From assembly GCA_052034935.1 (NCBI GenBank), contig JBPOIB010000009.1:2357-66356 (forward strand): a DNA stretch of 64,000 bases. Reading direction: 5' to 3'. Positions 28,294-36,428 of the stretch are shown here, in pieces. Position numbers and translations under genes: made by a program. Source of the stretch: Candidatus Moraniibacteriota bacterium (GTDB lineage Bacteria > Patescibacteriota > Minisyncoccia > Moranbacterales > UBA1568). The notes beneath the pieces were generated by a model. The model was not told the DNA's origin. It ran no database searches and saw only the letters and a list, made by a program, of their open reading frames with translations. Position 1 is the stretch's first letter. Every line of letters begins with the position of its first letter.

Positions 28294-28685
28294 TGAGCGT
28301 GAAGATCAAGGAAGGAGTTTGCTCTCGATTGGAGCAAGACGTTCGGCCGGCAGTTGCGGTGTTTCCCATCGTGGCACGTGGCGTGTTTGGTCCATCGCCA
28401 GGGGAGGTGCTGGAAAATACGAAGGGGAAGGTGGGCCACTTCTACTACCTCTTCATGCTGGTTCAGTACGTCTTCGCCCTGTTTTTCTACTGGCTTGTTC
28501 CGGAGAACATGGACCCGCCAATCAGAGACTTCCTCATCACGCATCTCGGATACGACACAGGAAATTGGCTTGCTGGGGCTTTGCTTTTGATGCTATGTGC
28601 CGAACTTGTAATTGCAGTCAGTCTTCGTGTGCTCCTGTTCCCGGTTGGTTCGAATGGCAAGGCAGATTGGCGATGGAAGAGGTGA
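28290..28685 (+). CDS. hypothetical 2-TM membrane protein
   Basis: GAGGAGG RBS, ATGA coupling to the upstream ORF, followed by a terminator. Confidence 0.65.
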   Translation: MMSVKIKEGVCSRLEQDVRPAVAVFPIVARGVFGPSPGEVLENTKGKVGHFYYLFMLVQYVFALFFYWLVPENMDPPIRDFLITHLGYDTGNWLAGALLLMLCAELVIAVSLRVLLFPVGSNGKADWRWKR

Positions 28686-28697
28686 GGTCCGTTAAAA

Positions 28698-28734
28698 AAG
28701 CGTCGTAGGAAATCCTGCGACGCTTCTTCTTTTT
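28698..28734. terminator. bidirectional intrinsic terminator
   Basis: AAGCGTCGTAGGA/TCCTGCGACGCTT stem between convergent genes. Confidence 0.8.
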
Positions 28735-28748
28735 GATTTGCGCTTTGC

Positions 28749-29468
28749 TTAGCCGAGATTGTCCCAGACGCGTTGGACATCTGGGTGATCGTCGAGCGTC
28801 TCCATGAGTTTTTCGAGCGCGGGACGATCGATGTCGCTCAGGGTTGCGGTCTGAACGGGAACATAGCCGAGACTTGCATTTTCGGCCGTCAGATTTTTCG
28901 AACGGAAGTACTCCTCGACCGCTTGGAGTTTGTCGACGGCGGTGACGACAACGAAAACTTCGTCCGTCGTGAAGAAATCATCGGCACCGGATTCGAGGAC
29001 TTCAAGCTCAAGCGTCTCGGCCGAATTCCTTTCGAGCGAAAAAGTGATGAGTCCCGCGCGGCGGAACATAAAGCTGACGGATCCAGTGGGGACAAACTTT
29101 CCACCACCTTTGGTGAGAATAGACTTCACTTCGCTGACCGTCCGGTTCTTGTTATCGGTCGCCGTCTCGATGAGAAGAGCAACTTGGCCAGGGCCATAGG
29201 CTTCGTAGGTGAGTTCCTCGATCTTGTTCTCATCCTTCAGCTCACCGGTGCCGCGCTTGATGGCTCGTTCGATATTATCTTTCGGCATGTTGAGCGCCCG
29301 CGCTTCCGAGATAGCAATCTTCAAAAGATAGTTGGCATCGGGATTGCCGCCGCCGCGGTTCGCCGCGAGGATGATGTTACGTCCGGCTTTGGTGAAGATG
29401 GCAGCGCGCTTGGCATCGTTGACGCCTTTGGCACGATGGGTGGTAGCCCAGTGGGAGTGTCCGGACAT
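28749..29468 (-). CDS. yebC: YebC/PmpR family protein
   Basis: MSGHSHW, NMPKDNIERAI, YEAYGP, TDNKNRT. Confidence 0.95.
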   Translation of the reverse strand: MSGHSHWATTHRAKGVNDAKRAAIFTKAGRNIILAANRGGGNPDANYLLKIAISEARALNMPKDNIERAIKRGTGELKDENKIEELTYEAYGPGQVALLIETATDNKNRTVSEVKSILTKGGGKFVPTGSVSFMFRRAGLITFSLERNSAETLELEVLESGADDFFTTDEVFVVVTAVDKLQAVEEYFRSKNLTAENASLGYVPVQTATLSDIDRPALEKLMETLDDHPDVQRVWDNLG

Positions 29469-29576
29469 AGAACGGGGGAATAGTGGTTAATGTATAGATG
29501 ATAGCAAACAGCAGAGGAAAGAAAAAAGCGAGGTTCTGCCTCACTTTCTTATCACATCTCGCAGGAAAAAGGAACT

Positions 29577-30170
29577 CTAGGTGCTTTCCACTTTTCGGCC
29601 GGTACGAGAAGCTTCGACGATGCGGTTGATCTCGTCGTCACGCTCGGTCCGGAGGCGTTCCATGATGACGTCTTTCACGTGGTATGGATCCGGCACACGG
29701 CGGAAGAGAAAAAAATCTTCTTCGGAAGCGGTTTGCACCTTTACATCGCCGAAGTTGAGAATGGTCGGGAGCATGCCGCTCACTTCCGAAGTCACATCCT
29801 GGATGCGCGAGAATTTCAGCTCGCTGACCGAACGGACGAAAAGCCCCTTCTGTTCGATGTTCACGACGCGCTCATTGGTGATAATCCAGACATCGAAGAA
29901 GTAGTCGATCCAGACGAGGAAAGCGTAGAGCCAGAGCATGAGAATGATTGAACTGTTGATGAAAGTGACGAACTGCTCACCTTCTGATCCGAGCCAATCA
30001 GGGAACATTATCGGCATGATTGAGAAGCTGCCAAACAAGACAGCGAGGAAGAGGATGATGACAAAGAAATGGGTCGCAATATCGAACCAGTGCCGGTGAA
30101 CGATGCGCAGCACGACTTCGCTCTCGCGTTGTCCCTGGAAATGGTACCGGCTGAAATCGTGTTTCTGCAT
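29577..30170 (-). CDS. bacterial PH-domain (bPH_2) membrane protein
   Basis: Two TMs followed by WIITNERV...RIQDV...GDVKVQTA. Confidence 0.8.
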   Translation of the reverse strand: MQKHDFSRYHFQGQRESEVVLRIVHRHWFDIATHFFVIILFLAVLFGSFSIMPIMFPDWLGSEGEQFVTFINSSIILMLWLYAFLVWIDYFFDVWIITNERVVNIEQKGLFVRSVSELKFSRIQDVTSEVSGMLPTILNFGDVKVQTASEEDFFLFRRVPDPYHVKDVIMERLRTERDDEINRIVEASRTGRKVEST

Positions 30171-30173
30171 ACG

Positions 30174-30395
30174 CTAGAGCTGAATGGGAAGGAGGAGGGA
30201 GTCAACAGGGAGGGTAAGGAAAAGCATGCTATTCGAGAAAAGGAGGATCGAAGTCACGACGACGAAGAGGATAGTCATGCCGGTCGCAAGACGGCGATTG
30301 ATGGCATAGCGCGAGAGATGAAACATGATAAACAGGCTCGCGATGACAATGCCAGCGAAGAAAACGAGATAGGCGACACCAAAAAAAAGCTGCAT
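30174..30395 (-). CDS. small 2-TM membrane protein
   Basis: Hydrophobic ORF filling the ruvB-bPH_2 gap, co-oriented. Confidence 0.65.
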   Translation of the reverse strand: MQLFFGVAYLVFFAGIVIASLFIMFHLSRYAINRRLATGMTILFVVVTSILLFSNSMLFLTLPVDSLLLPIQL

Positions 30396-30441
30396 GCGTT
30401 TTTATTTTTGATTGACTTCAGTATATCACTGCAACCGAAGA

Positions 30442-31473
30442 CTAGAGGAGCTTTTCTTCGAGTCCGAATGGTGGCTTTAGCCCAAGATGACGATAGCCTT
30501 CGGGTGTGACGATACGACCACGCGGTGTTCTCGCGAGAAATCCGATTTGGATGAGGTAGGGTTCAATCACATCTTCGATGGTGTGCATTTCTTCGCTCGT
30601 AATGGCGGCGATTGCCTGGAGTCCGGCCGGTCCGCCCTTGAACTTGTCGATGATAGTTTGGAGCACGACTCGGTCCGCTGGCTCGAGGCCGAGCTTGTCG
30701 ACTTCGAAAAGCGCGAGCGCCTTGTTCGCGACATCCTGGGTAATAATGCCGTTGTGATGAACTTCAGCATAGTCGCGGACACGCTTCAGGATACGGTTGG
30801 CGACACGGGGCGTCCGTCGGCTCGCCCCCGCGATTTCCTGAGCGCCGAGTTCGTCGAGCGTGACACCAAGGATTCCGGCTGAACGTTGAACGATGGTCTG
30901 AATTTCGTCAGCGGTATAGAACTCGAGCCGGTGGATAGAGCCGAAGCGATTGCGGAGGGGATTAGTGAGAGCACCGAGCCGCGTCGTCGCGCCAATGAGT
31001 GTGAAGCGAGGCAGGTCGAGCTGGATGGTGCGTGCAGCTGGCCCCTTACCGATGATGATATCGAGTTTGTAGTCCTCCATCGCCGGGTAGAGCACTTCCT
31101 CAATCGATTTGTTCAAACGGTGGATTTCGTCGATGAAGAGCACATCGCCCGGCTCGAGGTTAGTGAGGATGCTGCCGAGATCACCGACACGTTCGATGGC
31201 CGGTCCGCTTGTCACTTTGATACCGGCACCCATCTCGCGCGCGATGATGTGAGCGAGTGTTGTCTTGCCGAGACCGGCTGGTCCATAAAGGAGGACATGG
31301 TCGATTGCTTCACCGCGCTGTTTTGCTGCCTGGATGAAGATTTCGAGGTTTCGTTTCGCCTTTTCTTGACCGATGTATTCGGCAAAAGCTTTCGGCCGAA
31401 GGGTATTTTCGATGACGACATCTTCCTCGTTGTGTTCGGTAGTGGTGAGCATATTTTGCTTTTGTAGAGCCAC
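30442..31473 (-). CDS. ruvB: Holliday junction branch migration helicase (alternative start 31452)
   Basis: [43 protein letters not shown]. Confidence 0.97.
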   Translation of the reverse strand: MALQKQNMLTTTEHNEEDVVIENTLRPKAFAEYIGQEKAKRNLEIFIQAAKQRGEAIDHVLLYGPAGLGKTTLAHIIAREMGAGIKVTSGPAIERVGDLGSILTNLEPGDVLFIDEIHRLNKSIEEVLYPAMEDYKLDIIIGKGPAARTIQLDLPRFTLIGATTRLGALTNPLRNRFGSIHRLEFYTADEIQTIVQRSAGILGVTLDELGAQEIAGASRRTPRVANRILKRVRDYAEVHHNGIITQDVANKALALFEVDKLGLEPADRVVLQTIIDKFKGGPAGLQAIAAITSEEMHTIEDVIEPYLIQIGFLARTPRGRIVTPEGYRHLGLKPPFGLEEKLL

Positions 31474-31611
31474 GTTGTCTCGCTCTTATGCGTGTATTTT
31501 AACACGCTTCTTGCATCAAATATAGGTAGTTTTTTTAGTCATTTCATGTCCTTTGATGAGCTCAAAAGGTAGATGCTAGTAAAAAAGCTTTAGATAAGCC
31601 ATTATAGAGAG

Positions 31612-31640
31612 TTGACAATGATTTCTCGTTGTGCTATCCT
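31612..31640 (+). promoter_or_regulatory. sigma70-type promoter for the orphan unit 31944-32468
   Basis: TTGACA-17-TATCCT with TG extension. Confidence 0.6.
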
Positions 31641-31943
31641 ATTTCTTCGAAACAAATAGCAAAAAACCAGTTTCGGCCCAGCGAGTGCCGATTTTATTTC
31701 TCCTGAAGTTCCTTCGAAAATTCCTCACATGTAGACAATCTCGAGAGTCCTATCTTTTCTCTTGAGACTCGGAGAGGTCTATGCTTCGGCATAAAGTCAA
31801 GATCGGGTAGGGTGGTTCCGGCTGCGCTATACCTCGACACTTCTCCATTCCCTGGGCTCCCATGCCTAGGGCCTTGTCTACAGGTGAGGGATTTTTTGTA
31901 TCTTTTACAACCAACGCGCACATGCGCAGAAAGTGAGTGAATC

Positions 31944-32291
31944 ATGAATGGACAACCAGTTACCCTTTTGGCGTGGTACCGAAACCATGCCCTGCCGCAA
32001 GGCGAGGATCTCTGCTTCTCCCTTGAGTTGGCGGGAGATCCGAAGGTGGTGGCAGCCCAGATTGCCGATATGCATGCGAGCGGTACGACACTGAGCAGCG
32101 ATGTTTCGGTGGTACTTCTCGGTCAGGTCTTCCTGCCGAAAGAAGTTGCGCTCATGAACCAGCTCATCGCCCTCGGCGACATGGTTCTTGACGAGCAGGA
32201 CCGCTCCATCAACCCCATCCGCGACCTCTTCCAGACTTTGATGGAGAGGGGCGCCGAAATTGCGCTCCGCCATCAGGCCGCCGGCCGCTGA
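31944..32291 (+). CDS. hypothetical protein (orphan)
   Basis: 115-aa ORF with C/G-ending codons, between a promoter and a terminator. Confidence 0.6.
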   Translation: MNGQPVTLLAWYRNHALPQGEDLCFSLELAGDPKVVAAQIADMHASGTTLSSDVSVVLLGQVFLPKEVALMNQLIALGDMVLDEQDRSINPIRDLFQTLMERGAEIALRHQAAGR

Positions 32292-32354
32292 ATTCTCATC
32301 AATCCACCAAAAGGTGGCCGATCTTCCCCGGTAGCGGAAGGAGGAGAACTTTCA

Positions 32355-32468
32355 ATGAAACGGAAGAGAAAGAAACCTGAAACCAGGAAGGCTCGGCTCC
32401 GGCGTCTCGGCCCCCGCTACTACTCACGACTCACCGTGAAGTGCTGGGGCTTCTGTGTCCTCTGGTGA
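32355..32468 (+). CDS. small cationic peptide, 37 aa (absent from ORF track)
   Basis: AGGAGGAG RBS about 8 nt before the ATG; MKRKRKKPETRKARLRRLGPRYYSRLTVKCWGFCVLW; terminator follows. Confidence 0.55.
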   Translation: MKRKRKKPETRKARLRRLGPRYYSRLTVKCWGFCVLW

Positions 32469-32490
32469 ATGGAGGTTCCCCGCAAAAGAA

Positions 32491-32520
32491 AGCCCGGATG
32501 GTCTCGCAACCATCCGGGCT
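32491..32520. terminator. hairpin terminator between the orphan unit and pilB
   Basis: AGCCCGGATGGT-N6-ACCATCCGGGCT perfect 12-bp stem. Confidence 0.8.
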
Positions 32521-32548
32521 CAAATTTTTTATACGAATTGTTTCCCTC

Positions 32549-34366
32549 CTATGCACGAGGTGGTTCGGCCGGGCCGTCAGTGGTTTCTTCCTGAACGGTT
32601 GCCTCTCCGACACCGCCTGCATTTTCATCATCAAGCTCCTTGTCGTCGAAGGTCGCGTAGAGCTCGGCGAGACTATCTTCTTTGCCCGATGCACTCCAGA
32701 CCTCATCCATCGTCGTGTAGCCCTCGAGCACTTTGATGAGTCCATCCTGAGCCATGGTAAGCATACCCTCTTTGACCGCACAGTCGAAGATTTCTTTCTC
32801 AGTCGCCATCTCACCAATCAGATCACGCACGGTTTGAGTCATTGTGAGGACTTCGAAGATACCCTTGCGTCCATGATAGCCGCTGAAGTTGCACTCGATG
32901 CAGCCTTTCGGCCGATAGAGAACCTCGATTTTCGGAAACCTCTTCGCTTTTGCTGCTTCCGGAATCATAGCGAGCAATTTCTGGATGGCTACGACTGTGC
33001 TCTCAGCCGGGAGGTATGGTTCTTTGCAGTGTTCACAGAGGATACGTACCAGACGCTGCGCGATGATGGTGTTCATCGCTGAAGCGATGAGTGATGGTTT
33101 CACACCGAGCTCGAGGAGCCGCGAGACCGTTGCGACGGCGTTATTCGTGTGCAGGGTTGAGAGGACAAGATGGCCGGTCAGCGATGCGGATACGGCGACA
33201 TCCGCCGTCTCATCATCGCGGATTTCGCCGACGAGGACGACATCGGGATCTTGCCGAACAATAGCCCGTAAGGCGGCCGCGAAAGTGTAGTTACGGTCTT
33301 TGGAGACTTCAGTCTGGACGATGCCCGCGAGATTGTATTCGATTGGATCTTCGACCGTAATAACTTTGATTGATGGATTGTTAATTTTGTTGATGAGGCT
33401 GTAGAGCGTCGTCGTTTTTCCGGATCCGGTCGGACCGGTGTTCAGGATCATGCCGTTCGGACGCTCAATCGCTTTCTGAACTTCTTCAAAAGCTTTTCCG
33501 TAGATGCCGAGATTCGTCATATCGACATTGACGTCCTCGCTATTCAGGAGACGCATGTTGATGTTCTCGCCGTGGTTTCCGGGAATGAGCGAAATACGGA
33601 TATCGATGCGGCTGTCGCCGTTCTCTATTGAGAAATGCCCATCCTGCGCTCGATCGCGGACATTGATGCGCATACCACCGAGCATCTTGATACGTGAGAG
33701 AGCGAGCTGATACATATGCTGCGGCAAGTCTCCGATGTCCTGGAGTAGTCCGTCGATGCGGTAACGAAGTCTCGCGGTTTTCTCACCCGGCTCGATATGC
33801 ACATCACTCCCGCGCATCTTTGACGCACCGGCAAGAATGATCTCGATGATTTGTGAGGTAGAGACGGTGTTGTCGTCTTTGCCAAGGGCCAAGAGATCGC
33901 CGAAATTCTTTTCGAAGTGTTCGAGATCGTCGCCTTTGAGCGAGACGCGGAGAATATCGAGACTTTCGAGGAGCGGCTTGTTTGAGTAACTCGCCCAGAC
34001 CTTCTCGAGGGACTGGCGTGACACGACCGAAAGTGTCATCCGCCAGGCGTTCTTATTCGAGAGCTTCTGAAGGTAGTCGAGCGCTTCAGGATCCTCTGGA
34101 TTCTCGAGGCCGACGTAGACGTGGGCGCCGTTCTTTCGGAAGAGCGCGCAGTGAAACCGCTCAGCATCTTCTTTCGGCAGCAGTGCGACATCTTTCGGAT
34201 CAGCTGGAAAGAGATGGAGATCGAGGTAGGGGAGTCCGAGCTTCTCGCCGAGAGCATGGGCGCGGTCTTCCATGGACTGTTCGCGGAGCTTCTTCAACGT
34301 ATCTTCGGCTCGCTGGGTTTTTTCGTTGACGGCCGTCGGGATGATGCGCCTGCTGACTTTGGGCAT
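32549..34366 (-). CDS. pilB: type IV pilus / type II secretion assembly ATPase (PilB/GspE)
   Basis: SDVHIEP, RYRIDG, QDG, TGPTGSGKTTTLY, EDPIEY, RQDPDV.LVGEIRD, TGHLVLSTLH, CxxC pairs. Confidence 0.9.
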   Translation of the reverse strand: MPKVSRRIIPTAVNEKTQRAEDTLKKLREQSMEDRAHALGEKLGLPYLDLHLFPADPKDVALLPKEDAERFHCALFRKNGAHVYVGLENPEDPEALDYLQKLSNKNAWRMTLSVVSRQSLEKVWASYSNKPLLESLDILRVSLKGDDLEHFEKNFGDLLALGKDDNTVSTSQIIEIILAGASKMRGSDVHIEPGEKTARLRYRIDGLLQDIGDLPQHMYQLALSRIKMLGGMRINVRDRAQDGHFSIENGDSRIDIRISLIPGNHGENINMRLLNSEDVNVDMTNLGIYGKAFEEVQKAIERPNGMILNTGPTGSGKTTTLYSLINKINNPSIKVITVEDPIEYNLAGIVQTEVSKDRNYTFAAALRAIVRQDPDVVLVGEIRDDETADVAVSASLTGHLVLSTLHTNNAVATVSRLLELGVKPSLIASAMNTIIAQRLVRILCEHCKEPYLPAESTVVAIQKLLAMIPEAAKAKRFPKIEVLYRPKGCIECNFSGYHGRKGIFEVLTMTQTVRDLIGEMATEKEIFDCAVKEGMLTMAQDGLIKVLEGYTTMDEVWSASGKEDSLAELYATFDDKELDDENAGGVGEATVQEETTDGPAEPPRA

Positions 34367-34501
34367 AGGAAAAATAAGAAAAGTTCACCCTCATTCTAGC
34401 ATCACTGCACCATCTCTGTAGACACTCGGTTTGTTTCTCTAAAAATAAAAAACCGCAGCCGTCGCTGCGGGGTATTTGCCATTGGGAGCGGTCGTTCTCT
34501 T

Positions 34502-35647
34502 TTATGCTGGCAGGCTTGCAAGCCAGTTTCGGACGATTCGTTCAGCGGTATCGAGGTCGCTGGCCGAGAGACTGCCTTCCAGCATGTCGCCCGTAATTCG
34601 GCCGTTGGTAAAGACAGCGAGGAGCTGCTCGAGGTGTTCGTCCTGCTGGGCCTTCAGAAAAAGTCGGACAGAACCAGCGCTTTCTTTGAAGAAAAGGGCG
34701 AAGACGGTGGCGCCGGCATAGTTGCTACGGATCTTGTCGAGTACGGTCGGGAGATCTTCAGTCTTCGAATGCGATTCAACGAGGTCTTCGATCGTGACCG
34801 GCGCCCACATGAACTTGAGCGTATCATCAGAGCGGATATTGCCCATGACGCGACCCCACAGCTTTAGAATATGGAGCGGTTGGGTCTTGTAGAGATTCTT
34901 CACGATTTTCTGCTGGTCGGCACCGTGTCCCATGAGAGCGGAGGCGAGCTGGAGCGTCCTTGGGGTAGTGTTCTTCTTCTGGAACGATTCAGTCGCGGAC
35001 ATGATGCCTGCCAGGAGCGCCTCGGCAATGGTGGTGTCGATGAATTCTTTACCAGTGGTTTCGATGAAGTGAGCAATGATCTCGGCCGATGATGAGGCGG
35101 TGACATCGATGAGATTGAGCTGGCCGTACTGTTCATTGTTCGAGTGGTGGTCGATATTAATGATCGGCACCTCGTAAAAAATATCCGGATTAACTTCGTA
35201 CAGCTTACCGAGGCTTTCCTTATCTGGCGCATCGATTGCAAGCACACAGTCAAACTTGTATTTGGCGAGGATAAAAGAAAAATCACGCGGATCAATCGTC
35301 CCATGTTCTGGTGTGAGATGGATGCGAAGCTCGTTGTTGAGCCGCTCGGTCCGGACATCGAGAATATGGTTGTGCTCGGTATTGAATGAGAGAACAAAGT
35401 CCCGCGCACCGGAAATAGCCGAAACGACAGCGATGGTTTCGGGTTGAGGAAGGAATGGAAGCTCTCCAAGGCGTTCTTCGATCCGATCAGCAGCCAATGT
35501 TGGTTTTTTCCCGAGGGCAACCAAGAAATGTGCGAGCGCTAAGCCCGCGGCGAGTGTATCGCGACCGGGGAGCGGCGGCAGGAGGATGAGCGGATGTTCG
35601 GCGGGCTTTAGAAGCTCGAGGAATTGCGCTTCTTTTGTGAGCGACAT
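34502..35647 (-). CDS. DHH-family phosphoesterase-like protein (degenerate)
   Basis: INIDHH.SN, SSSAEI retained; motifs 1 and 4 altered; start moved to 35647. Confidence 0.8.
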   Translation of the reverse strand: MSLTKEAQFLELLKPAEHPLILLPPLPGRDTLAAGLALAHFLVALGKKPTLAADRIEERLGELPFLPQPETIAVVSAISGARDFVLSFNTEHNHILDVRTERLNNELRIHLTPEHGTIDPRDFSFILAKYKFDCVLAIDAPDKESLGKLYEVNPDIFYEVPIINIDHHSNNEQYGQLNLIDVTASSSAEIIAHFIETTGKEFIDTTIAEALLAGIMSATESFQKKNTTPRTLQLASALMGHGADQQKIVKNLYKTQPLHILKLWGRVMGNIRSDDTLKFMWAPVTIEDLVESHSKTEDLPTVLDKIRSNYAGATVFALFFKESAGSVRLFLKAQQDEHLEQLLAVFTNGRITGDMLEGSLSASDLDTAERIVRNWLASLPA

Positions 35648-35710
35648 AAGGGAGGAGACAACTGAAAAGAGAGTAGAGATAAGGAATGTCGGAAACCAGG
35701 ATGTCTTCGA

Positions 35711-35940
35711 GAGGAAGAGAGGATAGACTAACAGAGCCAAGAGAGGGCGTCAAACCATGTTACAGATGAAAAATACATGAAAGAAACCCTTCCTATCTGT
35801 AGTCTCGAAGGCCTTGTTTTATACTAAGTGCCCTCGTTTGGAGCCGGTTTGTAACATGATCAAACCCTGCTTCTCAATCGAGAGAAAGGTGATTGGAACC
35901 GTTCTCTTGGTAAGTTCCCGCCCAGTACGACCTCTCCTCA
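35711..35940. ncRNA. candidate structured non-coding RNA (unassigned)
   Basis: Three nested long-range helices in a 330-bp divergent intergenic region. Confidence 0.35.
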
Positions 35941-35978
35941 AAGGGGTTTATTTCCGCTAAAATAAAGGAAACTTTCGT

Positions 35979-36416
35979 ATGACTACCATAATTACTCACT
36001 CCAAAGAAGCGACTCAAGAATGGGGAAAAATCCTGGCGAAAAAGCTTCGGCCGGGCGTGGCTCTTACCCTTAAGGGGGACCTTGGAGCGGGGAAGACGAC
36101 TCTCGTTCAGGGTCTACTCGAGGGTCTTGGTGCTACGGCACCCTACCCATCTCCGACATTTGTTCTCATGAATCAATATGATTTGCCGCAGCCGACAACG
36201 GCCGGTATCTGGCGCGTATATCATGCTGATGCCTACCGTGTCGGCCGGGATGATTTCGAAAAACTGGGTTTTCTCGAGTGGTGTGCTGATCCAGCGGGCC
36301 TCGTGATTCTTGAGTGGCCGGAACGGCTCGGCGATCTCGTGCCGGAAAAACGCATCGAAATCAGTATCCGTTCGCTTTCAGAAACTGAACGCGAACTCAC
36401 CGCGACCGAACATTAA
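35979..36416 (+). CDS. tsaE: t6A biosynthesis ATPase TsaE
   Basis: GDLGAGKTT, SPTF, YHADAYR, LEWPE. Confidence 0.95.
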   Translation: MTTIITHSKEATQEWGKILAKKLRPGVALTLKGDLGAGKTTLVQGLLEGLGATAPYPSPTFVLMNQYDLPQPTTAGIWRVYHADAYRVGRDDFEKLGFLEWCADPAGLVILEWPERLGDLVPEKRIEISIRSLSETERELTATEH

Positions 36417-36428
36417 TCCAGCAATATT

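Noticed and set aside
31862-31947. Short ORF of about 28 aa ending near the 31944 start
   Set aside because: No RBS and no recognisable features; probably chance.
35711-35940. RNase P RNA or tmRNA identity for the structured spacer
   Set aside because: No GAGGAAAGTCC motif and no tRNA-like ends seen on either strand.
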